Source: Trueperaceae bacterium (GTDB lineage Bacteria; Deinococcota; Deinococci; Deinococcales; Trueperaceae). Taken from it: a stretch of 64,000 bases of DNA. A program made the translations under genes and the position numbers. Location: contig CBDCWW010000010.1 in the NCBI GenBank assembly GCA_965223585.1, positions 55,165 through 119,164 of the forward strand, in the 5' to 3' direction. This document shows, one piece after another, positions 27,614 to 36,588 of this stretch; the first letter of the stretch is position 1; each line of letters starts with the position of its first letter. A model generated the notes under the pieces. That model had not been told where the DNA came from and made no database searches. It saw only the letters and a program-made list of their open reading frames with translations.

Positions 27614-27800
27614 ATGGTCTATATAAAAAATGCGCCTGACTAATCAGGCGCTAAAGGGGGTAAAAGGGGGGCAATGCTAGATGCTCTAGTATATTAGCAC
27701 TCAAGTAACTTGATGTCAAGCCTGTAGGATTATGGCCTTAGAGATGCTAGCAAAGCGTTTATTGGTTTATTCTAAATAGTGTTAGTGCCCTCCATGAAAC
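27614..27800. repeat. ~190-bp direct repeat R1, copy 1 (contains sRNA candidate 1)
   Basis: Aligns with 28294-28490. About 80 nt are near-identical and the distal part is diverged. Confidence 0.75.
27625..27685 (-). ncRNA. Candidate small RNA, copy 1 (C-rich body plus intrinsic terminator)
   Basis: On the minus strand: TTGACA (27719-27714), a 17-nt spacer, TAATAT (27696-27691), then ..AGCATCTAGCATTGCCCCCCTTTTACCCCCTTTA, then GCGCCTGA-TTAG-TCAGGCGC (27651-27632) followed by T6. Confidence 0.55.
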
Positions 27801-27878
27801 TTTATTGAGTACCTATGACCACTGCCAACTGTTATAACGTCAAGTTGATTAACCCAATCTGGTACGGCGTCAAGATTC

Positions 27879-28124
27879 CTAATCGTTGGAATTAGCATTA
27901 GAGTCATTAACAGCTTTTTTCTCTGCTAGTGGTGGCTGCGGTACAATCAACATTGCTATCACATATGCGATTACACCGGGTGCCACACCAGTAAAAAGCG
28001 TCAAAAATACATAGGCCAAGCGCAAAATCGTTGGGTCTACTCCAGCATACTCACCCAATCCCCCAAGCACTCCAGCAAATACACTATTGTCACGACTTTT
28101 GTAAAGTTTTTTTTCTATATCCAT
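27879..28124 (-). CDS. pspC: PspC-domain membrane protein
   Basis: LYKSRDNSVFAGVLGGLGEYAGVDPTILRLAYV is the canonical PspC domain, followed by one TM segment. Confidence 0.8.
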   Translation of the reverse strand: MDIEKKLYKSRDNSVFAGVLGGLGEYAGVDPTILRLAYVFLTLFTGVAPGVIAYVIAMLIVPQPPLAEKKAVNDSNANSND

Positions 28125-28207
28125 ACGGTCTATTTTAACATTTCAAGCAAAGTGTATTATCAGGTTGTGTTTTTGTTTTGTGATTAACAATGGTGAAGGC
28201 ATTGATG
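28123..28207. repeat. ~85-bp dispersed repeat R2, copy 1 (immediately upstream of the pspC start)
   Basis: ATACGGTCTATTTTAACATTTCAAGCAAAGTGTATTATCAGGTTGTG...GTGATTAACAA matches 52602-52686 with about 8 mismatches. Confidence 0.7.
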
Positions 28208-28293
28208 GTTAAGTAGAAGAACCAAGAAGAAGGTAGTCTGGCTTTTGCTCTCAAAGGTGCAGTGTTGATAAATAACTGGCGGAGATAGTCTAT

Positions 28294-28490
28294 CTAAAAA
28301 AATGCGCCTGACTAATCAGGCGCTAAAGGGGGTAAAAGGGGGGCAATGCTAGATGCTCTAACATGTTAGCACTCAGATAATCTTATGTCAAGTCTATAAG
28401 ATTATAAGATGATGAGATTAGGGATACTAACAAAGTACTTATCAGTTTATCCAAAATTACATTAGTACCACCTATGAAAGCGATTTTTCT
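28294..28490. repeat. ~190-bp direct repeat R1, copy 2
   Basis: See 27614-27800. Confidence 0.75.
28296..28357 (-). ncRNA. Candidate small RNA, copy 2
   Basis: On the minus strand: TTGACA (28391-28386), a 17-nt spacer, TAACAT (28368-28363), a body identical to copy 1, the hairpin at 28323-28304, and T7. No minus-strand gene lies upstream that would need this terminator. Confidence 0.55.
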
Positions 28491-28730
28491 GTAATAGAAA
28501 TTGATCAGTCACAGGATGCAGTAGGGTCAGGCAAAAGTATAGAATAGTTAACAGTGTACTGCTAGCTCGCTGAAAAAGACTCAATCTGCTTGAAAATGAC
28601 ACTTTCGAGGCCAAACAAAGTCTTACTGAAATGCGAGTCATGTCTTTGCTGAAAGAAGATTACCCAAAGTATTTTTTAAGTAGTGGACGGAACAGCATAA
28701 GACAAAGACTTAGTAGAAAGCAGGTGAACC

Positions 28731-29957
28731 GTGAATACGTCTATATCTAAACTAGCTTGGCGCAATTTGTGGCGGCATAAACGTCGTACCCAGCTTTTAT
28801 TAGCTGTAGTAGCCTATGCAACCATTGCCATTATTTTCTTTTGGGGTTTTTATGATGGTTTTATAAATACTCTTTTAAGTGGTCAAGCTCGCTACTTAAG
28901 TGCTCCCATTATGGTGCAAACCGAAGCCCACTATCAAGACCCTGATCCTGAGAATAGTTTATTGGCACTTGATTTTAAGGATATACTGGTAAATTTTGAA
29001 AATGTGAAAGGAGCTGCTCCCAGACTTGAATTTCCTGCACTCATACGTTCACCATATCGCGCTATGGGTGCACAGGTACGTGGCATTGATCCTAGCCTCG
29101 AGCCCCAAGTAAGTGCTCTACCTGAAAATATTAGTGAAGGGCGGTTACTTGCAGCCCCCGGTGAACTTGTTATAGGTATAGGCCTTGCTGAAGAGGTTGA
29201 CGTGCGTGTGGGTGAGCGACTTGCACTAGACGTACAATCCTTGGCTGGCTCTCAGGGCATAGGCTTACGAGTGCTTGGGCTTATTAGAAGCAATATCAAG
29301 GTTGTAGACGACACAATAGTACTAATTCATCTTGAGGATGCTCGCAGTTTAACAGGAGTAGAAACTGCCACAAGTTTAGCACTTGATGTCAATCAAGGTG
29401 ATGAAAAAGCAGTTGCCAAGGCTCTTAACAATTCATCTATATTACCCCAAGGCGTTTTGGCCTATAGTATTTCCGACCTGCTTAGTGGAATTATGGCAGG
29501 TATTGAGACCAAGCGGCTGTCAATGATACCTATTGTTGTCCTTATAGCTATCTTTGCAGCAATCACAGTAATGAGTACTGTGGTTGTAAGTGTGATTGAG
29601 CGTACTAGGGAGTTTGGTGTTATTACCTCATTAGGATTGTATCAAGGACAAATTGCACGTATGGTGACTCTAGAAGCTACTTACACCACCTTGCTAGGGT
29701 TTTTAATTGGTGGAGTTTTAGGTTATGGACTTAATTGGATTTTCAGTGCTTTTAATATTATGGGACCGCTTATTAAGAGCTATTACGGTCGAATGTTGCA
29801 AGGTCTTGCCCTAAGTGATCATTTCATTTTAGCAGCTCAGCTAAGTTACCTTGCTTGGGCAGCTATAACCATCATTATTGCAGCAGTACTAGCAATTGGT
29901 GTGCCGGGACGGCGTGTAAGGAACCTTAACCCTTCAGAAGCAATGAGAGCGACTTAG
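28731..29957 (+). CDS. FtsX-family ABC permease, type A paralog
   Basis: GTG start, LAWRNLWRHKRRT, C-terminal ERTREFGVITSLG plus 3 TM segments. Confidence 0.8.
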   Translation: MNTSISKLAWRNLWRHKRRTQLLLAVVAYATIAIIFFWGFYDGFINTLLSGQARYLSAPIMVQTEAHYQDPDPENSLLALDFKDILVNFENVKGAAPRLEFPALIRSPYRAMGAQVRGIDPSLEPQVSALPENISEGRLLAAPGELVIGIGLAEEVDVRVGERLALDVQSLAGSQGIGLRVLGLIRSNIKVVDDTIVLIHLEDARSLTGVETATSLALDVNQGDEKAVAKALNNSSILPQGVLAYSISDLLSGIMAGIETKRLSMIPIVVLIAIFAAITVMSTVVVSVIERTREFGVITSLGLYQGQIARMVTLEATYTTLLGFLIGGVLGYGLNWIFSAFNIMGPLIKSYYGRMLQGLALSDHFILAAQLSYLAWAAITIIIAAVLAIGVPGRRVRNLNPSEAMRAT

Positions 29958-30073
29958 CAAGAGTCAGCTAGTGGAAGGAAATTATTCTAAATTTGAACTG
30001 CCGATTTCTAGAAAGGAATAATCATGCAACAAATTCAATTAGCAACTAAGCCACTCATTTGGGGAAAAAGTAA

Positions 30074-31300
30074 ATGTTAGCTCTAGCTTGGCGAAACCTA
30101 TGGCGACAAGGACGGCGTAGCCTTATCACCCTTTCAGCTGTAGCAATTGTTGTCTTTATGGCAATTATGATTTATAGTCTTGGTGGTGCAATTAAGAATA
30201 GCCTTTATCAAGATTTAACTGAGCAGGTTGGTCATATTCAAATCCATGCTGCCGATTATCGTGATGCTCGAGACTTTAGTGCAGGATTACTATATAATGC
30301 TACTGACTTACGTGCTAGCGTTGAGAAGGTTGCTCCTGATGCTGTAGTGGTCGGCTCGCTACAGATTCCTGCGCTCTTAGCAGGTGAAGACCGTTCACGT
30401 GGCCTAGCCATAAGTGGGCAGGATTGGCCTGACATTTTACGGGAAGATTTTGTAGCAGATAATCTTGCTGAGGGTAATTTTATTGCTGCTGATGACCTTA
30501 CCAGCATAATGCTGGGTCAATCATTAGCGACTTCGCTTAAGGTTAATCTTGGCGATGAAGTTTATGTTTATGCACCCGAAACTGAGGGTTATGGTGCAGC
30601 AGCTTACACTTTAAGGGGATTACTTGACTTTGATGATCCTAACCAAGAAATCAATGCAGTTTATGTGTCACTCGCCGCTGCTCAAGAACTAGCTGCCCCA
30701 AACGCTGTGAGTCGCCTCGAGCTACACTACCCAACTATAGTTACAGTTGACCAAGATACTCTCACACACGAAGATGCCAATTCCCTCAGTAAAAGCTTGG
30801 GGCAAAATTATGAGATAGAGGTTTGGCAAGAGCTTGACCCCGGTCTAGCAGGAGTACTCAACTTTATTATGCCTATTATGATGGTTATGTCGCTTATTTT
30901 CTTTTTGCTAGCAGGTTTACTGGTTCTAAATACAGTCTACCTTAGTACACTCGAGCGTATACGTGAGTTTGGTGTCATTATCAGCCTTGGTGCACTTGGA
31001 CGACAAGTTATGCAAATGATTACCTTAGAAAGTGTGATTATGTGTGTTACAGGTGCAGCCATTGGTACAACACTTGGCCTAGGATTGATTGCTATGCTTT
31101 CAGATGGTTTTACCTACCCCGGAATGGAGAAATTGTTTGCTGAGGTAGGCATGAATCCTATCATGTACCCAACTATTGAATTGTGGCAAGTACTTTTTGC
31201 AGTAGGTTTTGCTATTGTTACAGCTATCCTTGCTGCCCTATGGCCTGCTTTGTTAGCTGCAAACATCGAGCCTGCAGAGGCAATGCGTTACACCGCATAA
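30074..31300 (+). CDS. FtsX-family ABC permease, type B paralog
   Basis: LAWRNLWRQGRRS, C-terminal ERIREFGVIISLG plus 3 TM segments, ending in PAEAMRYT. Confidence 0.8.
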   Translation: MLALAWRNLWRQGRRSLITLSAVAIVVFMAIMIYSLGGAIKNSLYQDLTEQVGHIQIHAADYRDARDFSAGLLYNATDLRASVEKVAPDAVVVGSLQIPALLAGEDRSRGLAISGQDWPDILREDFVADNLAEGNFIAADDLTSIMLGQSLATSLKVNLGDEVYVYAPETEGYGAAAYTLRGLLDFDDPNQEINAVYVSLAAAQELAAPNAVSRLELHYPTIVTVDQDTLTHEDANSLSKSLGQNYEIEVWQELDPGLAGVLNFIMPIMMVMSLIFFLLAGLLVLNTVYLSTLERIREFGVIISLGALGRQVMQMITLESVIMCVTGAAIGTTLGLGLIAMLSDGFTYPGMEKLFAEVGMNPIMYPTIELWQVLFAVGFAIVTAILAALWPALLAANIEPAEAMRYTA

Positions 31301-31373
31301 AGGAAAAAAGTATTTTAATAGGTCTCTTTGGTTAATCCTTCCTAATTGCCCTTAAGGGAAGAACATTGAAAGT

Positions 31374-31390
31374 CCCCCTTAATAAGGGGG
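31374..31390. repeat. CCCCCTT-AAT-AAGGGGG stem-loop; same family as 37616-37637 in opposite orientation
   Basis: GTCCCCCTTAATAAGGGGGAT here versus ATCCCCCTTTTTAAGGGGGAC at 37616. Confidence 0.45.
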
Positions 31391-31462
31391 ATTTAGGGGG
31401 ATTTCCCCTACAAGCCCGGCCTAATTTAATTCTGCGCTGTAAGTACTATCTGAAAGGAAAAA

Positions 31463-32155
31463 ATGCCTCTCTTTGAAGTTAAAAATCTAAAAAAGGTTTA
31501 CCAAGTAGGCGAAGTTACCACCCAAGCTCTGCAAGGTGTAGATTTGGTTATTGAACCGGGCGAATTTACTGCCCTTTCTGGGCCTTCGGGAAGTGGAAAA
31601 AGTACACTACTACACCTTATGGGTGGACTCAATCATCCAAGTGAGGGTGAGATTTACCTCGAGGGCAAGCGTGTTGACCAGCTTGGTAAAAAAGAAGGTG
31701 CAAAGGTACGCCTTAAGAAACTTGGTTTTGTGTTCCAAGCATTTAACCTCATTCCAGTGTTGACTGCTTTAGAAAATGCTGCTTTTGTGCTCGAGTTACA
31801 AGGAGCTGGGAAAAAGGAACGTGAGGCAAAAGCCCTAGAGTCGCTTAAAGCACTTGGTATGGAAGAATTTGCTAACCGCCGTCCTAATCAACTTTCGGGT
31901 GGGCAGCAACAGCGTGTTGCTTTAGCTCGAGCTTTTGCTGCTGATCCAAAAATCATTCTTGCTGATGAACCTACTGCCAACTTAGATAGTGAAACAGGCA
32001 ATCAACTTATTAAATTGATGAAGCAACTCAACGAGGAAAAAGGTGTAACCTTTGTTTTTTCAACTCACGATCCACGCTTGTTGGAACATGTTAAACGTAT
32101 TGTTAGATTAGAAGATGGCAAGGTTGTAGAGCAGGAAACACCCCTTGCTGCTTAG
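31463..32155 (+). CDS. ABC transporter ATP-binding protein (MacB/LolD-type)
   Basis: [31 protein letters not shown]. Confidence 0.9.
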   Translation: MPLFEVKNLKKVYQVGEVTTQALQGVDLVIEPGEFTALSGPSGSGKSTLLHLMGGLNHPSEGEIYLEGKRVDQLGKKEGAKVRLKKLGFVFQAFNLIPVLTALENAAFVLELQGAGKKEREAKALESLKALGMEEFANRRPNQLSGGQQQRVALARAFAADPKIILADEPTANLDSETGNQLIKLMKQLNEEKGVTFVFSTHDPRLLEHVKRIVRLEDGKVVEQETPLAA

Positions 32156-32550
32156 AATGCAACTTCTGTAATTTTGGGCGGTTTGTCCTATGCTACTTTC
32201 CATTTATTTGAGTTTTGGGTAGTTTATGGAACGCTCGAGGCTGCTATTGTCTCAATCTTATTTGTGTATTTGCAGTTTACTGGCACAGGCATGATTAAAG
32301 CTTTCATGACACTGCTTAGCGGTAATGCCTAGACACACTTGTGGGGCTATCATGTGATTGCGCCATGTTTTTTTGTGCACCTCTGGATGGACGCTGCTTT
32401 GATTGTTACTGCTTTTGGTATTCTATAAGATTTGACTTTGGCGTTGTGGTAGAAACAGGTTATTTACTTGGGATGTAGCTGTGGGAACAACAATATTAAT
32501 AAAGTGTGATTAGGCTAGCTAAGTCACACTTTAACCCTGTAAAAGGTAAT

Positions 32551-32755
32551 TTATTTGTCTCGTAAATAGTAATGACGATTCACACCATCATATTTTCCAG
32601 AATCCATACAACACCGTTTAAAAATACCTCCCTGAACCACAAGGGCAAAGGTCTCTACGTCCAAGCTTTTCGATAAGCTCTTTGTCACCTCTAACAACTC
32701 TTAAACCACATCTAACTTTAGTTTCTGAAGGGAAACCTTTACGACGCTTACTCAT
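32551..32755 (-). pseudogene. Small SEC-C-motif protein gene, frameshifted in a T5 run
   Basis: Hand translation gives [45 protein letters not shown] then a stop. Dropping one T restores [23 protein letters not shown], completing the CPCGSGxxFKxCC SEC-C motif. Confidence 0.6.
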
Positions 32756-33031
32756 TACTTCAAAAGGAAGCCAATTCGTCGTGATCTTTTAATTTTCTTG
32801 GCATGAGAAACCTCCACAATGTTAGCAAGCAAAAAGCTCACATAAAACTTGGGTTAATCTTAAAAACATAGAATAACCCAAGTGCTTGATGCTTATTTAA
32901 AGTCACTTTAGAAATTAGGTTGAGAATTGACTGATCACACCAGCTCAATAATGAGCTTTTAGCAAGATAGCAAAATCAATGCCTTACTGTCAAAAATAGT
33001 GCGTATTAGGCAGACATTTTAAAATAAGGTG

Positions 33032-33060
33032 TTGACAAAAACTAATATTATTAGTATATT
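33032..33060 (+). promoter_or_regulatory. Sigma70-type promoter with embedded palindromic operator
   Basis: TTGACA (33032-37), 17 nt, TATATT (33055-60). The spacer carries the palindrome ACTAATA-T-TATTAGT (33041-55). It lies upstream of the hydrolase-TetR operon. Confidence 0.55.
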
Positions 33061-33242
33061 AACTACTATGATTAATTTAAATAGAGACTCAAAACTAACA
33101 AGCAAGGAAATTGATATAAAAAATGCAAGAATTATTGAGAACAAACTCAAATGAACTACAAGGCAGAGCAGTCTCTTTTTTTACACTCAAAACTAATGGT
33201 ATTAGCTTTGAAACTCGAGCAAAAACAAGAAAGGAAAACTCT

Positions 33243-34040
33243 ATGAAAACTCAAATACTTTCACGACCCGAAGGCAATCTCGCTTATGACGATACAGGAA
33301 GCACAGGAGAAGTTGTTATTTTAGCCCCCGGTGCAGGCGACATTCGCAGTGAATATCGTTTTTTAGCTCCTAAACTTTCTGAAGCAGGTTATCGTGTAGT
33401 AACATTTGATCTACGTGGTCACGGTGAATCAGACTCTAGCTTTTCAAATTATGGAGTTTCAGATACCGCCAGCGATATTCTTGCACTGATAGATCATTTA
33501 GATGCTGGAGCAGCTACTGTTATTGGTACATCGTTTTCACCTGCAGCAGCACTATGGGCTGCTGCTGAGGCCCCTGAGAAAATCAGGAAGCTTGTTCTTA
33601 TTAGTGCCCACCTTGAGGACTCGAGCCCCTTTCAAAACTTTCTCCTCAATTCCCTGTTGCGTGGCCCTTGGAAAGCACGTCTTTGGGAGATGTTCTATAA
33701 GTCTTGGTATCCAAGTCAAAAGCCTGCTGATATAGAGGCCTACAGTCGTCACCTTAGAGCTAGCATTGCCCCTGCGAACAAAGCGAAAGCTGCAAGAGCA
33801 ACGCTGACAGCCTCAAGGGACGGTCTTGATGAACGACTTGTTAAGGTTAAGTTACCTTCACTTGTCATTATGGGTAGTAAGGACAGCCATTTCAAAAATC
33901 CTGAGGAAGAAGCTGAGTTTATAGCAAGCAAAGTTTCAGATCAAATTCAAATGATAGATGGAGCAGGACACTATCCCCATGCTGAAATGCCTGATAAAGT
34001 AACCCCTTTGATACTCGAGTTCTTAAAAGAGACCAACTGA
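33243..34040 (+). CDS. Alpha/beta hydrolase
   Basis: The ATG at 33243 follows AAGGAAA. Motifs: VILAPGAGD..., nucleophile elbow GTSFS, C-terminal GAGHYPH. Confidence 0.7.
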   Translation: MKTQILSRPEGNLAYDDTGSTGEVVILAPGAGDIRSEYRFLAPKLSEAGYRVVTFDLRGHGESDSSFSNYGVSDTASDILALIDHLDAGAATVIGTSFSPAAALWAAAEAPEKIRKLVLISAHLEDSSPFQNFLLNSLLRGPWKARLWEMFYKSWYPSQKPADIEAYSRHLRASIAPANKAKAARATLTASRDGLDERLVKVKLPSLVIMGSKDSHFKNPEEEAEFIASKVSDQIQMIDGAGHYPHAEMPDKVTPLILEFLKETN

Positions 34041-34595
34041 GTGGCACGTCCCGGCCTAACTGAAGCAAAGGTCATTGATGCTGCTATCAATATAGCTGAT
34101 AAAGAAGGTATAGAAGCACTTTCAGTGGCCGCCCTTGCCAAACACTTTAAGGTCAAACCTCCTTCACTTTACAATCACATAAGTAATCTGGAAAGCTTGC
34201 AACGTGCTATGGCATTAAGAGGCATTCAGGAATTAACAGTTGTTAGCCAAAAGGCTGCAATGGGGCGTGCTGGTTTTGATGCTCTTAAGGCTGTGGCCTT
34301 AGCCTATCGTGATTTTGCCAAGAGTCATCCCGGACTTTATGCACTTACGCAACGATCTTATGAAAACATTGACGAAGAGCTTAAGCAAGCAGGTCGAGAA
34401 GCTGTAGAGGTCTTTTTAATTATTTTGCGAGCATATAATCTTAACGAAGAAGAAGCTCTGCACGCAGTTCGTTGTATTCGTAGTAGTTTGCATGGTTTTG
34501 TGTTGCTCGAGACCAATGGGGGTTTTGGAATGCCACTTAAGGTAGAAGAAAGCTTTAATAAGCTTTTGGATATGCTGGATTGTAGTTTGCGCTAG
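34041..34595 (+). CDS. TetR/AcrR-family transcriptional regulator
   Basis: The GTG start abuts the hydrolase stop. N-terminal HTH (LSVAALAKHFKVKPPSLYNHI) and a C-terminal SLHGFVLLE (WHG-like) motif. Confidence 0.75.
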   Translation: MARPGLTEAKVIDAAINIADKEGIEALSVAALAKHFKVKPPSLYNHISNLESLQRAMALRGIQELTVVSQKAAMGRAGFDALKAVALAYRDFAKSHPGLYALTQRSYENIDEELKQAGREAVEVFLIILRAYNLNEEEALHAVRCIRSSLHGFVLLETNGGFGMPLKVEESFNKLLDMLDCSLR

Positions 34596-34815
34596 GACTT
34601 GGTTCGCTGCTTTAAATTACAAAGATACTAAAGCGATTACTAATGTTAATTAGAGGTGAGTCAGGTCTATTCTGTGTTTCTTAGGCTTTTTGCTAGTTCT
34701 AACGGATTCTCGAGCCCAGAAAAGTTAATCTATAACTTGGTTAGGCTTAGTTGCAGCACTAACCACGTGTGTGACTAGTTTAGCTAAGCACCGCAACGAA
34801 TTTGGTGGTTCACCT

Positions 34816-35397
34816 TTACCCTTTCTGATCTAGTGCTTGATCAATAAATACTTCTGCCATTTTCTTAGCTGTTTTAGTGATTTCTTTATTATCACACACA
34901 TGGGCGTTAACAATAGCACCTTCGACTAGCAGGTTGAGTTGCTCTGAAAGTTCACTAGGGTTTTTTACTCCCGCTTTTTCAGCTAATTCACGCACATATT
35001 CAAACATCAATCTTTTATGTTCTTTACTAATAATATGGCAAGGGTCATCCTGATTAGCAAATTCAGCAGAAGCATTAATAAACATACAACCACAGAAATC
35101 TTTATCATTAAACCACTCATTCAATACATCAAAGACAGCAATAAGTTGACCTCTTGGTTCTTTTGCTAAACGTTCTACAGAACGCATAAAATTATTACGG
35201 AACATTTCATCGCGTTTACGTAACACTGCTAGGATCAACTCATCTTTGGACTTGAAGTGATTATAGAGTGTTTTCTTAGACACTCCTGCTTCCTGAATAA
35301 TCTTTTCTACCCCCGTTGCATGAAATCCGTGCTTATAAAACAAGTCTAGTGCGATATTAGTAATATGATCTCTTTTTGATGGTATTGGCATATCCAT
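34816..35397 (-). CDS. TetR/AcrR-family transcriptional regulator
   Basis: HTH motif GFHATGVEKIIQEAGVSKKTLYNHFKSKDEL. Confidence 0.8.
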   Translation of the reverse strand: MDMPIPSKRDHITNIALDLFYKHGFHATGVEKIIQEAGVSKKTLYNHFKSKDELILAVLRKRDEMFRNNFMRSVERLAKEPRGQLIAVFDVLNEWFNDKDFCGCMFINASAEFANQDDPCHIISKEHKRLMFEYVRELAEKAGVKNPSELSEQLNLLVEGAIVNAHVCDNKEITKTAKKMAEVFIDQALDQKG

Positions 35398-35502
35398 TAT
35401 ATTATAGGCTAAATGTATACCGATATGTTTATGATATGACAGTTAATACATTTATATTTTCTTATATAATGTCCAGATAAACATTTACTTTACCAATGCG
35501 AG

Positions 35503-35665
35503 CAATGTCATCCTGAACCCTTCACTGTGCTCTAAGGCAAGCTATGTGAAGGGTTCTTCATGCGTTAATGCCTTTAGAGATTCTTCGTCGCTATGCTCCT
35601 CAGAATGACAGGGTAACAGAGAGGGACTTCCCTTTAGAGGGGAAATTTTCTAGAAAACTGCAACA
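35503..35665 (-). repeat. MITE/REP-like long-hairpin repeat, copy B (inverted, complete)
   Basis: The reverse complement aligns with 2860-3005, including GTCATTCTGAGGAG, GAAGAATCTCTAAAGGCATTAACGCATG and TCAGGATGACATT. Confidence 0.7.
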
Positions 35666-35734
35666 AAATAGTTGCCACCTAAAAGTCGACCTAGTAGCAA
35701 TATTGGGAAGTGAATTTTTTCTAAAATTAAAGGG

Positions 35735-35790
35735 TTGACAAGATACACCGATCGGTGTATCTTAATTTTAAGAGAAACCGATCGGTTTTC
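35735..35790 (+). promoter_or_regulatory. Sigma70-type promoter overlapped by a 20-bp perfect palindrome, plus a second related half-operator
   Basis: TTGACA (35735-40), 17 nt, TATCTT. Palindrome GATACACCGATCGGTGTATC (35742-61), with a second AAACCGATCGGTTT at ~35776-89. It lies divergent from the TetR gene at 34816..35397. Confidence 0.6.
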
Positions 35791-36588
35791 TTTTTGAATC
35801 ATCTACCAGAACTACCCGCACTCTTTGCGCAAGGTTGAATGACTATGTAATTCAACTCGAGTGTTAGCAAGTTCTGTTTTTCCGACAGGCACAAACCCCC
35901 TAGGCCTTCTACTTAGGGTGGTTTAGGAAAGGAAATAACCATGACTATTCTAAGTAAACCATTCAAGAGAGTTTCTACGTTTAGAGAAATACTTGCAGTA
36001 ACTGTAACTACAATTGTTTTATCCACTTCAATGATAAGCAATGCAATTGCAACACCACAAACTCAAACCCAACATAAAGTAATTAATGTAAACAACTTAG
36101 ACATTTTCTATAGAGAAGCAGGGCCGAAGGACGCACCTACCATAGTGCTCCTGCATGGTTTCCCCACCTCTTCACATATGTTTAGGAATCTTATTCCAAT
36201 GCTTGCAGATCAGTACCATGTCATTGCGCCAGATTACCCGGGCTATGGCAATAGTGACATGCCAGCCATAGACGCATTTGACTACAGTTTTGATAACCTT
36301 TCTAATACAGTAGACAAATTTTTAGAGAAAATAGATGCTAAGACCTACACACTTTATGTAATGGATTATGGTGCACCTATTGGTTTCAGGATTGCTGCGA
36401 AGCATCCAGAAAGAGTAACAGGCCTAATTATTCAAAATGGCAATGCCTATGAGGAAGGCTTACTTGAATTTTGGGATCCTATTAGAACTTATTGGGAAGA
36501 GAAAACTCCTGAGAATGCCAAAATGCTTAGTGATGCACTACTAACAATTGGAGCAACCAAATGGCAATATACTAATGGTGCACGTAGT

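Noticed and set aside
27624-27651. The GCGCCTGA..TCAGGCGC hairpin as terminator of the plus-strand gene 26864..27601
   Set aside because: On the plus strand the stem is followed by TAAAGGGGG, not a T-run. The T-run is on the minus strand only, and an identical copy occurs at 28304-28323 with its own promoter, which fits an sRNA 3' end better.
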